A stretch of 64,000 nucleotides of DNA from Deltaproteobacteria bacterium (GTDB lineage Bacteria; Desulfobacterota; Syntrophobacteria; BM002): assembly GCA_019309045.1 (NCBI GenBank), contig JAFDGZ010000008.1:309-64308 (forward strand). Direction: 5' to 3'. Each line of letters begins with the position of its first letter. Position 1 is the first letter of the stretch. Of the stretch, positions 9,426-19,217 are shown one piece after another. Position numbers and translations under genes: made by a program. The notes under the pieces were generated by a model, which worked only from the letters and a program-made list of their open reading frames with translations, searched no databases and was not told the DNA's origin.

Positions 9426-10427
9426 TCAAGGCTCCTGGCTGGAGAAGCGGATGCCGCCTTCGCTGCCATCTGCGGCCTCCAGGGAAAAAACTTTGATGAG
9501 CTCCATCAGCGGCCTGCCAAAAAGAAAATCCATTTCCGCTGCTCTTTGCGGCAGGCTCTCGGCAAAAGAGGCCCGCCAATGAGCGTCGGCCTGCAGCATT
9601 GCCAACAATTGCTCGCCGCCCTGCCGCCCTCCAGTTTCACGGAACCGCTGACACGCCAGGTACAACTGCTCCACCCCGCAGCGCTCCTCGTGACTCTGGA
9701 GCAGATTCAGTACCTCCCTGTTCTGCTGGAACAGATCACGGCGGCTCAGCTTCCGTCGCTGCCACAATCGTTCCAGTTGCCCGGGATCCCAGCATGCCTG
9801 CACGCGGCACTGCAGGGGGCGATGCTGGTATAGGGCGCAGCGGCCACGGTCAGCCTGGTAAAAAATGCACTGAGTCGTTCCCTGCTGCTGTTTGACTTTT
9901 ATCAGTTCCACTGGCAGCCTTGCCAGCCTGCCTGCCAGGTTGAAGTTGACGAGTTCACCCTTTCTCAGGGTGTAGAGCTGGCCGGGCAAAATCACGCCCT
10001 GCTGCAGAAGATCCACATCTTCTGGATGCAGTGAGGGAGTGGATCTTCGACAGCACTCCCCACAGCGAATGCAATACGGCCTGCGCCGGTAGGCTGCCTG
10101 CACCATGAAGCTTCTCAGCTGCTGCCAACCGCGCTGCCGCTGAGCTGCATCAAACCTGTCCCAGGACCGCTGGAGGCTCAGATAGCATTCGTCTTGCTGC
10201 ACCTCGGCAAGGAGTTCCGCAAAACAGTCCGGGACGCGCAGCTCGGCAACTACCTGCCGCAGGGCCGTCTTCACCGCGGCCAGGAGTCCGCTGCTGGTGG
10301 TTGGCAAAACAGCCTGTTCTCTATCCATGAGCACTTGCTCCGGTGTGTACTCCAGGTACGGCCAGGATCTTTCGTCTTTCCCGCCCGCCGCCAGGCAAAG
10401 CAGCAGCAGGCGGCCTCCCTGGCACAT
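9426..10427 (-). CDS. hypothetical protein with a CxxCxxCC cysteine cluster (YkgJ/UPF0153-like putative Zn/Fe-chelating domain)
   Basis: CIRCGECCRRS motif and several further Cys residues. The longest ORF reaches 10547 and would overlap the recG 3' end. An internal Met at 10427 is chosen, so the start is uncertain. Confidence 0.45.
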   Translation of the reverse strand: MCQGGRLLLLCLAAGGKDERSWPYLEYTPEQVLMDREQAVLPTTSSGLLAAVKTALRQVVAELRVPDCFAELLAEVQQDECYLSLQRSWDRFDAAQRQRGWQQLRSFMVQAAYRRRPYCIRCGECCRRSTPSLHPEDVDLLQQGVILPGQLYTLRKGELVNFNLAGRLARLPVELIKVKQQQGTTQCIFYQADRGRCALYQHRPLQCRVQACWDPGQLERLWQRRKLSRRDLFQQNREVLNLLQSHEERCGVEQLYLACQRFRETGGRQGGEQLLAMLQADAHWRASFAESLPQRAAEMDFLFGRPLMELIKVFSLEAADGSEGGIRFSSQEP

Positions 10428-10512
10428 CAACAATGAGCCACCCTCCCGAGGGCGCAGCCTCTGCCTTTTCTGGTACCCCCCTGACAGCCGAGCTCCTCGT
10501 CCCCAGTACCCT

Positions 10513-12624
10513 TCAGCAAGTCCCAAGCAGTGCGGCTGCCTGCTCATTCTGACGCTGCAGCTTGCTCCTGATGGCTGCGTGCTCGGGCTTTTCTATCTCC
10601 GGATCCCTGGCTATCAGTGCCATAGCCGCTCGGCGAGCACCCCTGAGAATGCCAACATCACGCAGCAGGTTGGCCATCTTCAAATTAGCAAAACCGCTCT
10701 GCTGCACACCTGCCAGTTCGCCCGGCCCTCTCAGCCGCAGGTCTTCTTCGGCTATGCGGAAGCCGTCGTTGGTCTGCTCCATGATAGCCAGACGCGCTCT
10801 GCTCTCTCTGCCCCCTCCCTGGTGGACCAGAATACAGTGAGAGGGGTGTTTGCCGCGCCCCACCCGACCCCGAAGTTGATGCAGCTGCGAAAGGCCAAAT
10901 CTCTCCGGGTGTTCGATTACCATAACAGTGGCATCCGGCACATCAATGCCCACCTCGATAACTGTAGTAGCCACCAGCAGCTGAATCTTTTTCCGGGCGA
11001 AATCAGTCATGATTGCCTGTTTTTCCTCAGAAGACAGACGGCCATGCAGCATGCCCACCTTGATATCAGGAAAAACCTGGTCTTGTAGATGAGATGTCAT
11101 GCTTACCACATCCTGCAGTTCGGAATTCTCGGATTCCTCCACCAGGGGGTAAATGACATAGGCCTGGCGCCCCAGGAGAAACTCCTGCCGCAGCAGCTCA
11201 TAGACTCGCTTCCTCTCCCTGGCCTCCAGAACTACGGTTTGCACCTGCGGCCGTCCTGGCGGCAGTTCATCAATGGTGGATACCTCGAGGTCACCGTAGA
11301 GTGTCATAGCCAGGGTCCGGGGTATTGGGGTGGCAGTCATCACCAGCAGGTGCGGATTCACCCCCTTGCGCCGCAGAGCTAGACGCTGCAGCACGCCAAA
11401 GCGATGTTGTTCATCAATGATCACCAGTCCCAGCCTGTTGAAAGTGACCCGCTCCTGAATAAGTGCATGGGTGCCCACCACCAGGCTGGCTTCGCCCCTG
11501 GCAATTGCTTCGGTGCGGCTCTTTTTTTCGGCTGCGGCAATTCTAGAAGTGAGCAGCGTAAACGGTATGCCCAGGGCACGAGCATAGCTCGCCATATTGA
11601 AGAAGTGCTGCTGGGCAAGTATCTCGGTCGGCGCCATCACTGCAGCCTGGAAGCCATTGGCAATGACAATGAGGGCTGTCAGCAGGGCCACAATGGTCTT
11701 GCCGCAGCCCACATCCCCCTGCACCAGCCGATTCATTGCTCTGCCGCTGCTGAGGTCAGCTGCTATCTCTCGCATTACTCTTCTCTGGGCTGCGGTTAAT
11801 TTGAAAGGCAGGAGCTTGCCCACCCTGCGGAGGAAGTCCTTGTCGAGTGTCATGGCCTGGCCGGCCTCGCCACAAAGCCTTTGCCTGCCTCTGAGTATCT
11901 GCAGTTCCAGAAAAAAGAGTTCTTCGAAGATCAGTCGACGAAGTTCTGGAGACACTGTGCTGCTGGGGTACTTCTCAGGGCCTCTGCTGGGAAAATGGAC
12001 TTGCCGCAGGGCCGTCTGCAAGTCGAGCAGATCAAAGTAACGGCGGACAGCTGCAGGCAGCGTCTCCGGAACCCTGGGCACATAACAATTCACCACCTCA
12101 GCCATGAGGCGACGATAGGTCCTGCGGCTCACCCCTGGAATGGCGCTGTAGCGGGGAACAATGCCGCCTATTTCTTGTTGGCCGGCCTCCACTTCCTCCA
12201 CCTCCGGGTGGTGCATCTCCAATCTGCCGCCAAAGAGGCGCAGGGTGCCGCTCACTCGAACCTTGCCACGGACTCTGTTGAACCGCTTCACCAACCAGGC
12301 GCCATAATGGAACCACTTGGCCGTAACCAGCCCGCTGCCGTCGCTCAGAACCACCTCCAACAAACGCCGGCGCCGGTATTGAACTTCTTTGGCTGAGAAA
12401 ATGTTGGCCACAAAACTGACATACTCACCGGCACGGAGTTCGTTGATCCGTCTGCCACCACGGTGATCAACATAGCCCACAGGCAGATTGAACAGAAGGT
12501 CTTCCACGGTGGTCAGGCCTCGTGCCTCCAACTTGCGGGCCAGCTGAGGGCCGACGCCCTTGACGACCTGCACCGATTGCCGCAGGGGGTCTGCACAGAG
12601 CAGTTCAGATTGTTGGCCAGCCAT
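10513..12624 (-). CDS. recG: ATP-dependent DNA helicase RecG
   Basis: 703 aa. N-terminal wedge/OB domain, Walker A GDVGCGKT, DEQHRFGV box and the C-terminal helicase domain typical of RecG. Confidence 0.95.
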   Translation of the reverse strand: MAGQQSELLCADPLRQSVQVVKGVGPQLARKLEARGLTTVEDLLFNLPVGYVDHRGGRRINELRAGEYVSFVANIFSAKEVQYRRRRLLEVVLSDGSGLVTAKWFHYGAWLVKRFNRVRGKVRVSGTLRLFGGRLEMHHPEVEEVEAGQQEIGGIVPRYSAIPGVSRRTYRRLMAEVVNCYVPRVPETLPAAVRRYFDLLDLQTALRQVHFPSRGPEKYPSSTVSPELRRLIFEELFFLELQILRGRQRLCGEAGQAMTLDKDFLRRVGKLLPFKLTAAQRRVMREIAADLSSGRAMNRLVQGDVGCGKTIVALLTALIVIANGFQAAVMAPTEILAQQHFFNMASYARALGIPFTLLTSRIAAAEKKSRTEAIARGEASLVVGTHALIQERVTFNRLGLVIIDEQHRFGVLQRLALRRKGVNPHLLVMTATPIPRTLAMTLYGDLEVSTIDELPPGRPQVQTVVLEARERKRVYELLRQEFLLGRQAYVIYPLVEESENSELQDVVSMTSHLQDQVFPDIKVGMLHGRLSSEEKQAIMTDFARKKIQLLVATTVIEVGIDVPDATVMVIEHPERFGLSQLHQLRGRVGRGKHPSHCILVHQGGGRESRARLAIMEQTNDGFRIAEEDLRLRGPGELAGVQQSGFANLKMANLLRDVGILRGARRAAMALIARDPEIEKPEHAAIRSKLQRQNEQAAALLGTC

Positions 12625-12771
12625 ATCGACAATCTCCGCCGCTGTCAGTTGTTATCACAGAGGGATATTCGGCACAAGTACATCTCACGGCAGGGCATGC
12701 TGCCAGGATAGCTTCCGGCAGCAGCGCCTGTCCTCGTCCAGCAAGAGGACAGCTTTCCCCTGTTGCCGGGA

Positions 12772-14775
12772 TCAGAACAGGCTCAGCTGCTTTTCTCTGG
12801 AGGATTTTTTCTTGCTGCTTCTTGCAGCAACAGCCACCCTGTCCACATACTCCGGGGGGATCTCGCTGAGAAACCGGGAAGGCTCCAGCAGCACTTTCTC
12901 ACCGAAAAGGAACCGACGCCGGGCGCTGCTCAACACCAGGGTGTGCCGAGCCCGCGTCATGGCCACGTAGAAGAGGCGACGCTCCTCCTCCATTTCCTCC
13001 TTCTGCAGCTGCCGGCGCAGCAGCGGAAACAACCCCTGGTCCATACCACAGACAAAAATTACCGGGAACTCCAACCCTTTAACAGCATGCACAGTCATCA
13101 GAGAGACAGCATCTGCCCGGGGATCGTAGAAATCATTCTCCTGCCAGAAGCGCAAATCCTCCAAAAAGGCGGCAAGCGTCCGCTGGGCAGGCTCCGGGCC
13201 ATACAGAGGGGCAAGAGTTTGCAGCCACTGGTAGCTCTCCGAGGCAGTCGCACTGCGCTGGCCGAAATAATCGCTGAGTCCTGTCATCTTCCAGGCCCTC
13301 TCCAGGACTGTTGTCAACGGTTCCGTGGCAACAAGTCTCTGAAGCTCTGCCACAACGCCGTGCAATTGTTGGAAGCCGCCCTGGTAGCGCCCCGGCAGAT
13401 CGTCTGTCCGGCAGGACAGACAGAGCGCCTCCCAGGCCGAGCCCCCGGTGCCTGTCAACCGCTCGGCAAACCACTGCCTGGCCTTGGCACCAAGGCCCCG
13501 GGGGGGCACATCAAGGATAAGGGGCAAGTCGTCTTCACTGGAGGGATTGGCGGCAAAGTGAAGATACGCCAACAAGGTTTCTGCCGCCCTGGTAGCAAAT
13601 GGCGCCTTGCCGCCGACAGTCTGAAACGGGATGCCAGCCTGCGACAGCGCTTCTTGCAGAGGCCTGTTCTGGACATGGGTACGGTAGAGAATAGCAATAT
13701 CGCTGAAACAAAATTGGCCATCGTCAGGGGTGTCCACATAGTCTTGTTGATACAGGCGGTAATGACTGCTGCCACCGAGCAACCGCTCGATCTCTTCCAC
13801 CACAAAGCGCGCTTCCTGGAATTCGTCTCTGCAGCGAGCCACACGCAGCAAGGGCCCCTGGGCAGCAGCACTCCAGAGAGCGCAGCTCAGAGGATTGTTG
13901 TTCCGAGAAATTACTGCGGTGGCTGCAGCAAGGATTCGTTTGCTGCAGCGGTAGTTCTGCTGCAGCCTGATGACAGCTGCCTCAGGGTAGTCTTCCTGGA
14001 ATCTGTGGAAAATGTCCACATGAGAACCCCGAAAAGAATAGATCGACTGATCAGAATCCCCCACGACCCACAGATTGCGGTGGGCAGCAGTGATAACCTG
14101 CACCCAGCGATACTGGGCCCTGTTGACATCCTGGAATTCATCGACGAGCACCGCGGCAAAGGCCCGTTGATGTCGCTGCCGCACCTGCTGATCCCTGCTC
14201 CAGAGCTGGAGCAATAAACCTATGAGATCATCAAAATCGAGCAGGTCTCTCCGCAGCTTTTCCTGCTGATAGAGTTCATACAGGCTGGCGAACTCTTCTC
14301 CCTCCGTGGCTGCCAGCTCTTTGGCTGTCAACAGCTCTCCCTGGGCAAGGGAGATGCGGTTGCGCACCTCCTGGAGCTGCCAGCGGGGGCTGCTCAGGTT
14401 TTTCTGCTGGAGAATCTCTTTGATGAGAGCAAGCTGGTCTGCTTCGCTCAGGAGGCTCTGCTGACCGTGGTCCCCAGTGGCCTCTCGTAACAGTGCCCCA
14501 GAGAGAGAATGGAAGGTGCCGATTCTTGTTGTCTTGATATCCGGAATGTGCGGCAGCAGTGCGGCCAGCCGGCTCTTCATTTCATTGGCGGCTTTTCTGG
14601 TAAAAGTAACCGCCATGATCCTTGCCGGCGCAGCCTCCTTTTGCTGGATGAGATGGGCCAACCTGTAGACCAGAGTTCTCGTTTTTCCAGTGCCGGCTCC
14701 TGCCAGGATGAGCACGGGGCCATTGCCGTACTCCACGGCCTTTCTTTGGGCTGCATTGAGATTGGCAATCATCAA
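12772..14775 (-). CDS. UvrD/PcrA/Rep-family ATP-dependent DNA helicase
   Basis: 667 aa. LNAAQRKAVE, Walker A AGAGTGKTRTL and TFTRKAANEM superfamily-1 helicase motifs. Confidence 0.9.
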   Translation of the reverse strand: MMIANLNAAQRKAVEYGNGPVLILAGAGTGKTRTLVYRLAHLIQQKEAAPARIMAVTFTRKAANEMKSRLAALLPHIPDIKTTRIGTFHSLSGALLREATGDHGQQSLLSEADQLALIKEILQQKNLSSPRWQLQEVRNRISLAQGELLTAKELAATEGEEFASLYELYQQEKLRRDLLDFDDLIGLLLQLWSRDQQVRQRHQRAFAAVLVDEFQDVNRAQYRWVQVITAAHRNLWVVGDSDQSIYSFRGSHVDIFHRFQEDYPEAAVIRLQQNYRCSKRILAAATAVISRNNNPLSCALWSAAAQGPLLRVARCRDEFQEARFVVEEIERLLGGSSHYRLYQQDYVDTPDDGQFCFSDIAILYRTHVQNRPLQEALSQAGIPFQTVGGKAPFATRAAETLLAYLHFAANPSSEDDLPLILDVPPRGLGAKARQWFAERLTGTGGSAWEALCLSCRTDDLPGRYQGGFQQLHGVVAELQRLVATEPLTTVLERAWKMTGLSDYFGQRSATASESYQWLQTLAPLYGPEPAQRTLAAFLEDLRFWQENDFYDPRADAVSLMTVHAVKGLEFPVIFVCGMDQGLFPLLRRQLQKEEMEEERRLFYVAMTRARHTLVLSSARRRFLFGEKVLLEPSRFLSEIPPEYVDRVAVAARSSKKKSSREKQLSLF

Positions 14776-14839
14776 CTCCGCTCACGGCAGCCAGAGCTAG
14801 ATCTTAGCAGTGGCCGACCTTCAGCCAGACTCACCAGGT

Positions 14840-16171
14840 TCAAAATAGACCTAGCTGACCCGAAAGTTCTCTCCTTTCCTCGCCGTCAAACACCCGTATG
14901 GTGCCAAACTCCCCATCATAGCCAGGCGAAATGCTCACCTGCCCCTCTCTTACCTTAGCAATGCCTGCAGCCAGCAGATTGTAGCCAAGGCTTCTCAATC
15001 TTTGCAGCTCCTCCTCGACCAGGATGTGGTACTCATTGCCGAATCTGCTCAAGAGCTCCATATAGAGCTTGTCCACCTTCTTGCTGTTCATCCCCACCTG
15101 CTCTATCTCTGCGATGATTTCTGCCAGGGGTATGAGAGCTCGAAATGGCAGGGCGCCGGGTGGACGATGACCCGGGGGGAAATCTGCCAGCTCCTCCACC
15201 CGGTGCATCACCCCCACAGTGACAGGTCGGTTGCACCTGGGGCAAAGACCTCCTGCCTTTCTGGTCTCCTCGGGTGACAGTCGTATTTGACAAGAGCGGT
15301 GACCGTCGTAATGATATTTGCCCTCTTGCGGGAAAAATTCAATTGTCCCGAGGAACGCCCTGTTGTGCGGTTCGCAGATCGCCCTCATGATAGCAGCATA
15401 GGTGAGATCCGTGTCGAACAGATTTGCTTCCCGCATGAGCTTGGCCGGCGAATGGGCATCGGAGTTGGATATGAGGCGCACATTTGCCAAATCTGCCAGC
15501 CGCCAGTTCATGGGTGGATCCGAGGAGAGGCCAGTCTCTATAGCCGGAATGAGGGGAGTCAGCTCTTCAAAGCACTCCTGCAGACTGTCGAAACCGGATC
15601 TGGCGCCGAGTATGGAAAAGTGAGGCGTCCAGGCGTGCGCTGGCACCAGAACGATCTCCTCTGATACCTCCCTGGCAATCTTCAGGAGCTCCTTGGCGTC
15701 TAGACCCAAGATCGGCCGTCCGTCCGAGGCAATATTGCCGATGCGCGCCAGAGCTGCTTGCAGAGCCGCGGCACTTTGCATCTCCGGCAAGAAAAGGAGA
15801 CTATGAATTTTGCGAACCCGGCCGTCTTTTTTGTAGATACTGCTGATTTCAGCGCTCAGCAAAAACCGCACCGGGGAGCGGCAGCGCCCGGGAACGGCCT
15901 GATCGACTGCTTCTGCCAGATCCGCCCTGAGCTTATAGAGACCGGCTTCAGCAGGGACCAGTTTCTCTTGCAGTTCACTGAGCCAGCCAGGGTGGCAGCA
16001 GTCTCCTGTACCCAGAACAGTGATCCCCTTGAGCTGCGCCCAGCGGTGCAGCTGTTCAGGGATCATTGCCTTGCTCGTGGCTACCGAGTAATGGGAATGA
16101 ATGTGCAGATCGGCTAGGAAGCGCAAAAGATACTCCTCTGGAGGTGCGCAATAGAATTCATGGTCGTGCAA
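14840..16171 (-). CDS. EndoQ-like PHP-domain nuclease (TIGR00375-type)
   Basis: N-terminal PHP motif DLHIHSHYSVATSKAM followed by GITVLGTGDCCHP. C-terminal CPRCNRP zinc-finger-like cysteine pair. ~440 aa, matching archaeal/bacterial endonuclease Q architecture. Confidence 0.65.
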   Translation of the reverse strand: MHDHEFYCAPPEEYLLRFLADLHIHSHYSVATSKAMIPEQLHRWAQLKGITVLGTGDCCHPGWLSELQEKLVPAEAGLYKLRADLAEAVDQAVPGRCRSPVRFLLSAEISSIYKKDGRVRKIHSLLFLPEMQSAAALQAALARIGNIASDGRPILGLDAKELLKIAREVSEEIVLVPAHAWTPHFSILGARSGFDSLQECFEELTPLIPAIETGLSSDPPMNWRLADLANVRLISNSDAHSPAKLMREANLFDTDLTYAAIMRAICEPHNRAFLGTIEFFPQEGKYHYDGHRSCQIRLSPEETRKAGGLCPRCNRPVTVGVMHRVEELADFPPGHRPPGALPFRALIPLAEIIAEIEQVGMNSKKVDKLYMELLSRFGNEYHILVEEELQRLRSLGYNLLAAGIAKVREGQVSISPGYDGEFGTIRVFDGEERRELSGQLGLF

Positions 16172-16240
16172 GGTTGGCAGGTCGGGCCGGTTCGAACGGA
16201 CCCTACTGTAACGGAGATGACCGGCAAATGCAAGCCTGTC

Positions 16241-17437
16241 TCACATCGGCTGCAGTACCTGCAGAAAAGCACACTTGAGATATTCACTTTCAGGGTGACC
16301 CAGGAGGATCGGGTGATCCCTGGCCTGGGTAAACATGCCAAGGAGTCGAAGCTGTTTGCCCGCTGCCCGAGCCGCCCGCACCAGCACCTTGCGGAAGCGC
16401 TCCGAGCTGAGATGGTGTGAACAGGAGCAGCTTATGAGGAGGCCCTCTGGAGGGAGAAGCTTCATGGCCCTTCTGTTCAGATTGACATAGCCCTGTTCTC
16501 CCTGTACCAGTCTCGCCTTTGTCTTGACAAAGGCCGGGGGATCCAGAATGATGAGGTCGAAGCGTTCCTCTGTGTCAGCCAGGAAAGCAAAAATGTCCTG
16601 CCGTTCGAACCGACAGCAGTGTACCAGGCCGTTCTGGGCGGCATTCAGTCTAGCACCTTCCAGCGCCTGCGCCGAGACGTCCACCCCCACCACCTCGCGG
16701 GCACCACACCTGGCAGCATGCAGTGCCCAGGCGCCCTGGTAGCAACAGCCGTCCAGTACCCGTGCTGCTGCTGCCACCCTGTCAACCAGCAGCCAATTTT
16801 CACGCTGATCAAGGAAAAGGCCTGTCTTCTGGCCATTCAGTAGATCCACATGCAGGGAGAGCCCATGAATATCCACCCTGAGATCATCGGGGAGCCTTCC
16901 CCTTGCCACACCTTTCTCCAGTGGTAGATCTTCGAGCAGTCTTGCCGGTGCATCATTGCGTACAGTGATTGATGCTGGCCGCAGAACTTCCTGCAAAACG
17001 TCCAGCAGAGTCGATTCCAGGCGGGACATTCCCTGGGTCAGGGTCTGCAGCACCACATGAGAGGCATAGTAGTCTACAATGAGACCGGGGAGGAAATCTC
17101 CTTCAGAAAAGACCAACCGCAGCACCTGGGCATCAGGCAAAAATCGCCGCCGTCTTGCCAGAGCAGCCAGCAAGCGGCTTTTCAAGAAATCTCTGTCTAT
17201 GTTCACCTGCCGACGGCTGAGCAGACGTATGCTGATCAGAGAGTGCGGATTGAGGTGGCCGACTCCGAGAAACCTTCCCTGCCAGGAGATCACTCGCACC
17301 AGCAGGCCTGGTTCAATCCCCTGCAGTGAGTCATGGATTTCATTACTGAAAACCCACGAGTGTCCTGTGAGCAGCCGTCTTTCTTCGTTTTTCTTGAGCC
17401 GCAGTGTGGGTATGTTGTCAGTGGTTGGCACCGCCAA
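16241..17437 (-). CDS. rlmI: class I SAM-dependent 23S rRNA m5C methyltransferase (RlmI-like, PUA + MTase)
   Basis: 398 aa. N-terminal PUA-like region (LRLKKNEERRLLTGHSWVF) and a C-terminal Rossmann MTase domain (DLFCYTGGF-like, here VLDGCCYQGAW). Confidence 0.8.
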   Translation of the reverse strand: MAVPTTDNIPTLRLKKNEERRLLTGHSWVFSNEIHDSLQGIEPGLLVRVISWQGRFLGVGHLNPHSLISIRLLSRRQVNIDRDFLKSRLLAALARRRRFLPDAQVLRLVFSEGDFLPGLIVDYYASHVVLQTLTQGMSRLESTLLDVLQEVLRPASITVRNDAPARLLEDLPLEKGVARGRLPDDLRVDIHGLSLHVDLLNGQKTGLFLDQRENWLLVDRVAAAARVLDGCCYQGAWALHAARCGAREVVGVDVSAQALEGARLNAAQNGLVHCCRFERQDIFAFLADTEERFDLIILDPPAFVKTKARLVQGEQGYVNLNRRAMKLLPPEGLLISCSCSHHLSSERFRKVLVRAARAAGKQLRLLGMFTQARDHPILLGHPESEYLKCAFLQVLQPM

Positions 17438-17451
17438 CCTCGCTAGGAGGC

Positions 17452-17655
17452 TCAGGAAAATCCGGAACTGCTGCAGCCGGAGGCCGCGGCAGTGCCAGAC
17501 CCCGTAGAGGAAGTTGTGCAGGCAAAAGCTGACAGTAGACGCTCCACCTGCTCCGCCCCGCAGTGAGGGCAGCTGGGCGCGGGCTCGTCAGTTTTGAAGA
17601 CCAGAGTTTCAAAACATTCGTTGCAGGAGCAGCAGCGGTATTCGTATATTGGCAT
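17452..17655 (-). CDS. FmdB-family zinc-ribbon putative regulatory protein
   Basis: MPIYEYRCCSCNECFE...CPHCG is the hallmark FmdB zinc ribbon. ATG at 17655 is preceded by GGAGG. The longer ORFs listed are 5' over-extensions. Confidence 0.75.
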   Translation of the reverse strand: MPIYEYRCCSCNECFETLVFKTDEPAPSCPHCGAEQVERLLSAFACTTSSTGSGTAAASGCSSSGFS

Positions 17656-17916
17656 GACAAACCTCCCTGAGAACAAGCTTCGACAGTATAATAAACATCC
17701 TCGACAAATGATGCAACTGTCAAGAAACTCGGTAATTTGTAGATCCTGGCCCACAAGCCCCCTGGCACCGATGATAATTCTCTCCCCCAGGCACATCTGA
17801 GGGGACCGCATATCTGCAAAGCCTGGCAGACATTGACTTTCGCGATGAAATTTTCTATATAGATATCAAACAGTTCAATGGGCACTAATCTATAAACCAC
17901 GGCTTACAGGTCGTTT

Positions 17917-18903
17917 ATGCCTGCCAATCTGCCACCAGAGTATCTGGAAGCTGAACAGCGTCTGCGTGCCGCCAGGAGCCCGGCAGAAAAGATCAGCTGT
18001 CTAGAAGCAATGCTCACTGCTATGCCCAAGCACAAGGGCACCGACAAGCTCAGAGCCGCCCTGCGCCGGCGAATTTCCAAGCTTAAAGCCGCAGCTCAGA
18101 CCAAGAAGTCAATAAGCAAGAAGGAGTCTGCCTTCCGCATTGACAAGGAAGGCGCCGGACAGGTAGTGCTGGTGGGGCCACCGAACGTGGGGAAGTCGGC
18201 ACTGGTTGCCGCACTGACCAATGCCAACCCTGAAGTGGCTGACTTTCCTCATACTACCTGGCGACCCACACCCGGGATGATGCCTGTGGCCAACATCCAG
18301 GTGCAGCTCATTGACACGCCGCCCCTGACAAAAGAGTACGTGGAGCCCGAGCTGCTGGCTCTCATTCGCAGGGCGGATCTCATAGTGGTAGTGGTTGATC
18401 TGAACACAGATCCCATGCAGCACCTGGAGGATGTCATTGCTCTGCTGCGCGAACACCGCATAGCACCGCGTCGTTACCAGCAGCAATGCCAGGAACAGCA
18501 CCGCTGGACTTTTATGCCCTTCCTTGTCCTGGCGAACAAGAGTGACGATGAGACAAGCGTCGAGAATGAGGAAATCTTCCGGGAGTTGATGGACGAGGAC
18601 TGGCCGTTGGTTGCGGCTTCAGCCGCCACAGGACGCAACCTGGAGCTCTTCAAGCAGGCGGTTGTGGAACGCTTGGAAATCATCCGGGTGTATTCAAAAG
18701 CGCCTGGCAAAGAAGCTGACCGCTCTGCTCCCTTCATATTGAAAAAAGGCAGCACTGTGGCTGATTTTGCCGCAAAAATTCACAAGGATTTTCTAGAGAA
18801 ACTCAAGTGCGCCAAGATATGGGGTACTGCTGTATTTGACGGCCAGATGGTAAATCGCGATCACGTCCTCAAAGACGAGGACGTGGTGGAGCTGCACGTC
18901 TGA
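17917..18903 (+). CDS. Obg/DRG-like GTPase with a C-terminal TGS domain
   Basis: G1 motif GPPNVGKS, G3 DTPP and an NKSD G4 motif, plus a C-terminal TGS-like segment. 328 aa. Confidence 0.7.
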   Translation: MPANLPPEYLEAEQRLRAARSPAEKISCLEAMLTAMPKHKGTDKLRAALRRRISKLKAAAQTKKSISKKESAFRIDKEGAGQVVLVGPPNVGKSALVAALTNANPEVADFPHTTWRPTPGMMPVANIQVQLIDTPPLTKEYVEPELLALIRRADLIVVVVDLNTDPMQHLEDVIALLREHRIAPRRYQQQCQEQHRWTFMPFLVLANKSDDETSVENEEIFRELMDEDWPLVAASAATGRNLELFKQAVVERLEIIRVYSKAPGKEADRSAPFILKKGSTVADFAAKIHKDFLEKLKCAKIWGTAVFDGQMVNRDHVLKDEDVVELHV

Positions 18904-19089
18904 GCGCCTCCCTGCTACCTTATCGCTCCCATCCCCTACATAGCGCAGCTGACCAGGTTCTCCGCCTGTTTGCTGAGTGCAGTTGGGGTGCTGGCACTCG
19001 GCACATGATGGGGGCCGCTGACGGGATTTGCCGCGGTGCTCTCTCCGACTGCCGCTATAGCCTGCCGAGCATTCGTGATTTTTTTCTTC

Positions 19090-19118
19090 TTGACAGGTGT
19101 ACATAGACTGCTTAATTT
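19090..19118 (+). promoter_or_regulatory. sigma-70-like promoter (TTGACA-17-TAATTT) upstream of the sigma factor gene
   Basis: Seen in sequence: TTGACA at 19090-19095, a 17 nt spacer, TAATTT at 19113-19118, and a T-rich UP-like tract upstream. A second TTGACA lies at about 19139. Confidence 0.35.
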
Positions 19119-19217
19119 CCTATTTGGCTAGTAGTAGTTTGACAGAACTGGTAAGCTGGCTCAGCGACAGACCAGGTCTTGTGGGTGAAGTAAGAAAGAT
19201 GCTGGGAGTGAAAACGG

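Noticed and set aside
12763-14217. 484 aa ORF on the plus strand
   Set aside because: It lies entirely antisense to the uvrD/pcrA helicase gene, whose motifs are unambiguous. High-GC genomes generate long spurious antisense ORFs, and this one has no recognisable motif.
17657-17916. TGGCAC hexamer at about 17768 (TGGCACcgatgATAATT) as a sigma-54 promoter
   Set aside because: It has no TTGC -12 element at the correct spacing, and it lies on the strand pointing away from the nearest minus-strand gene.
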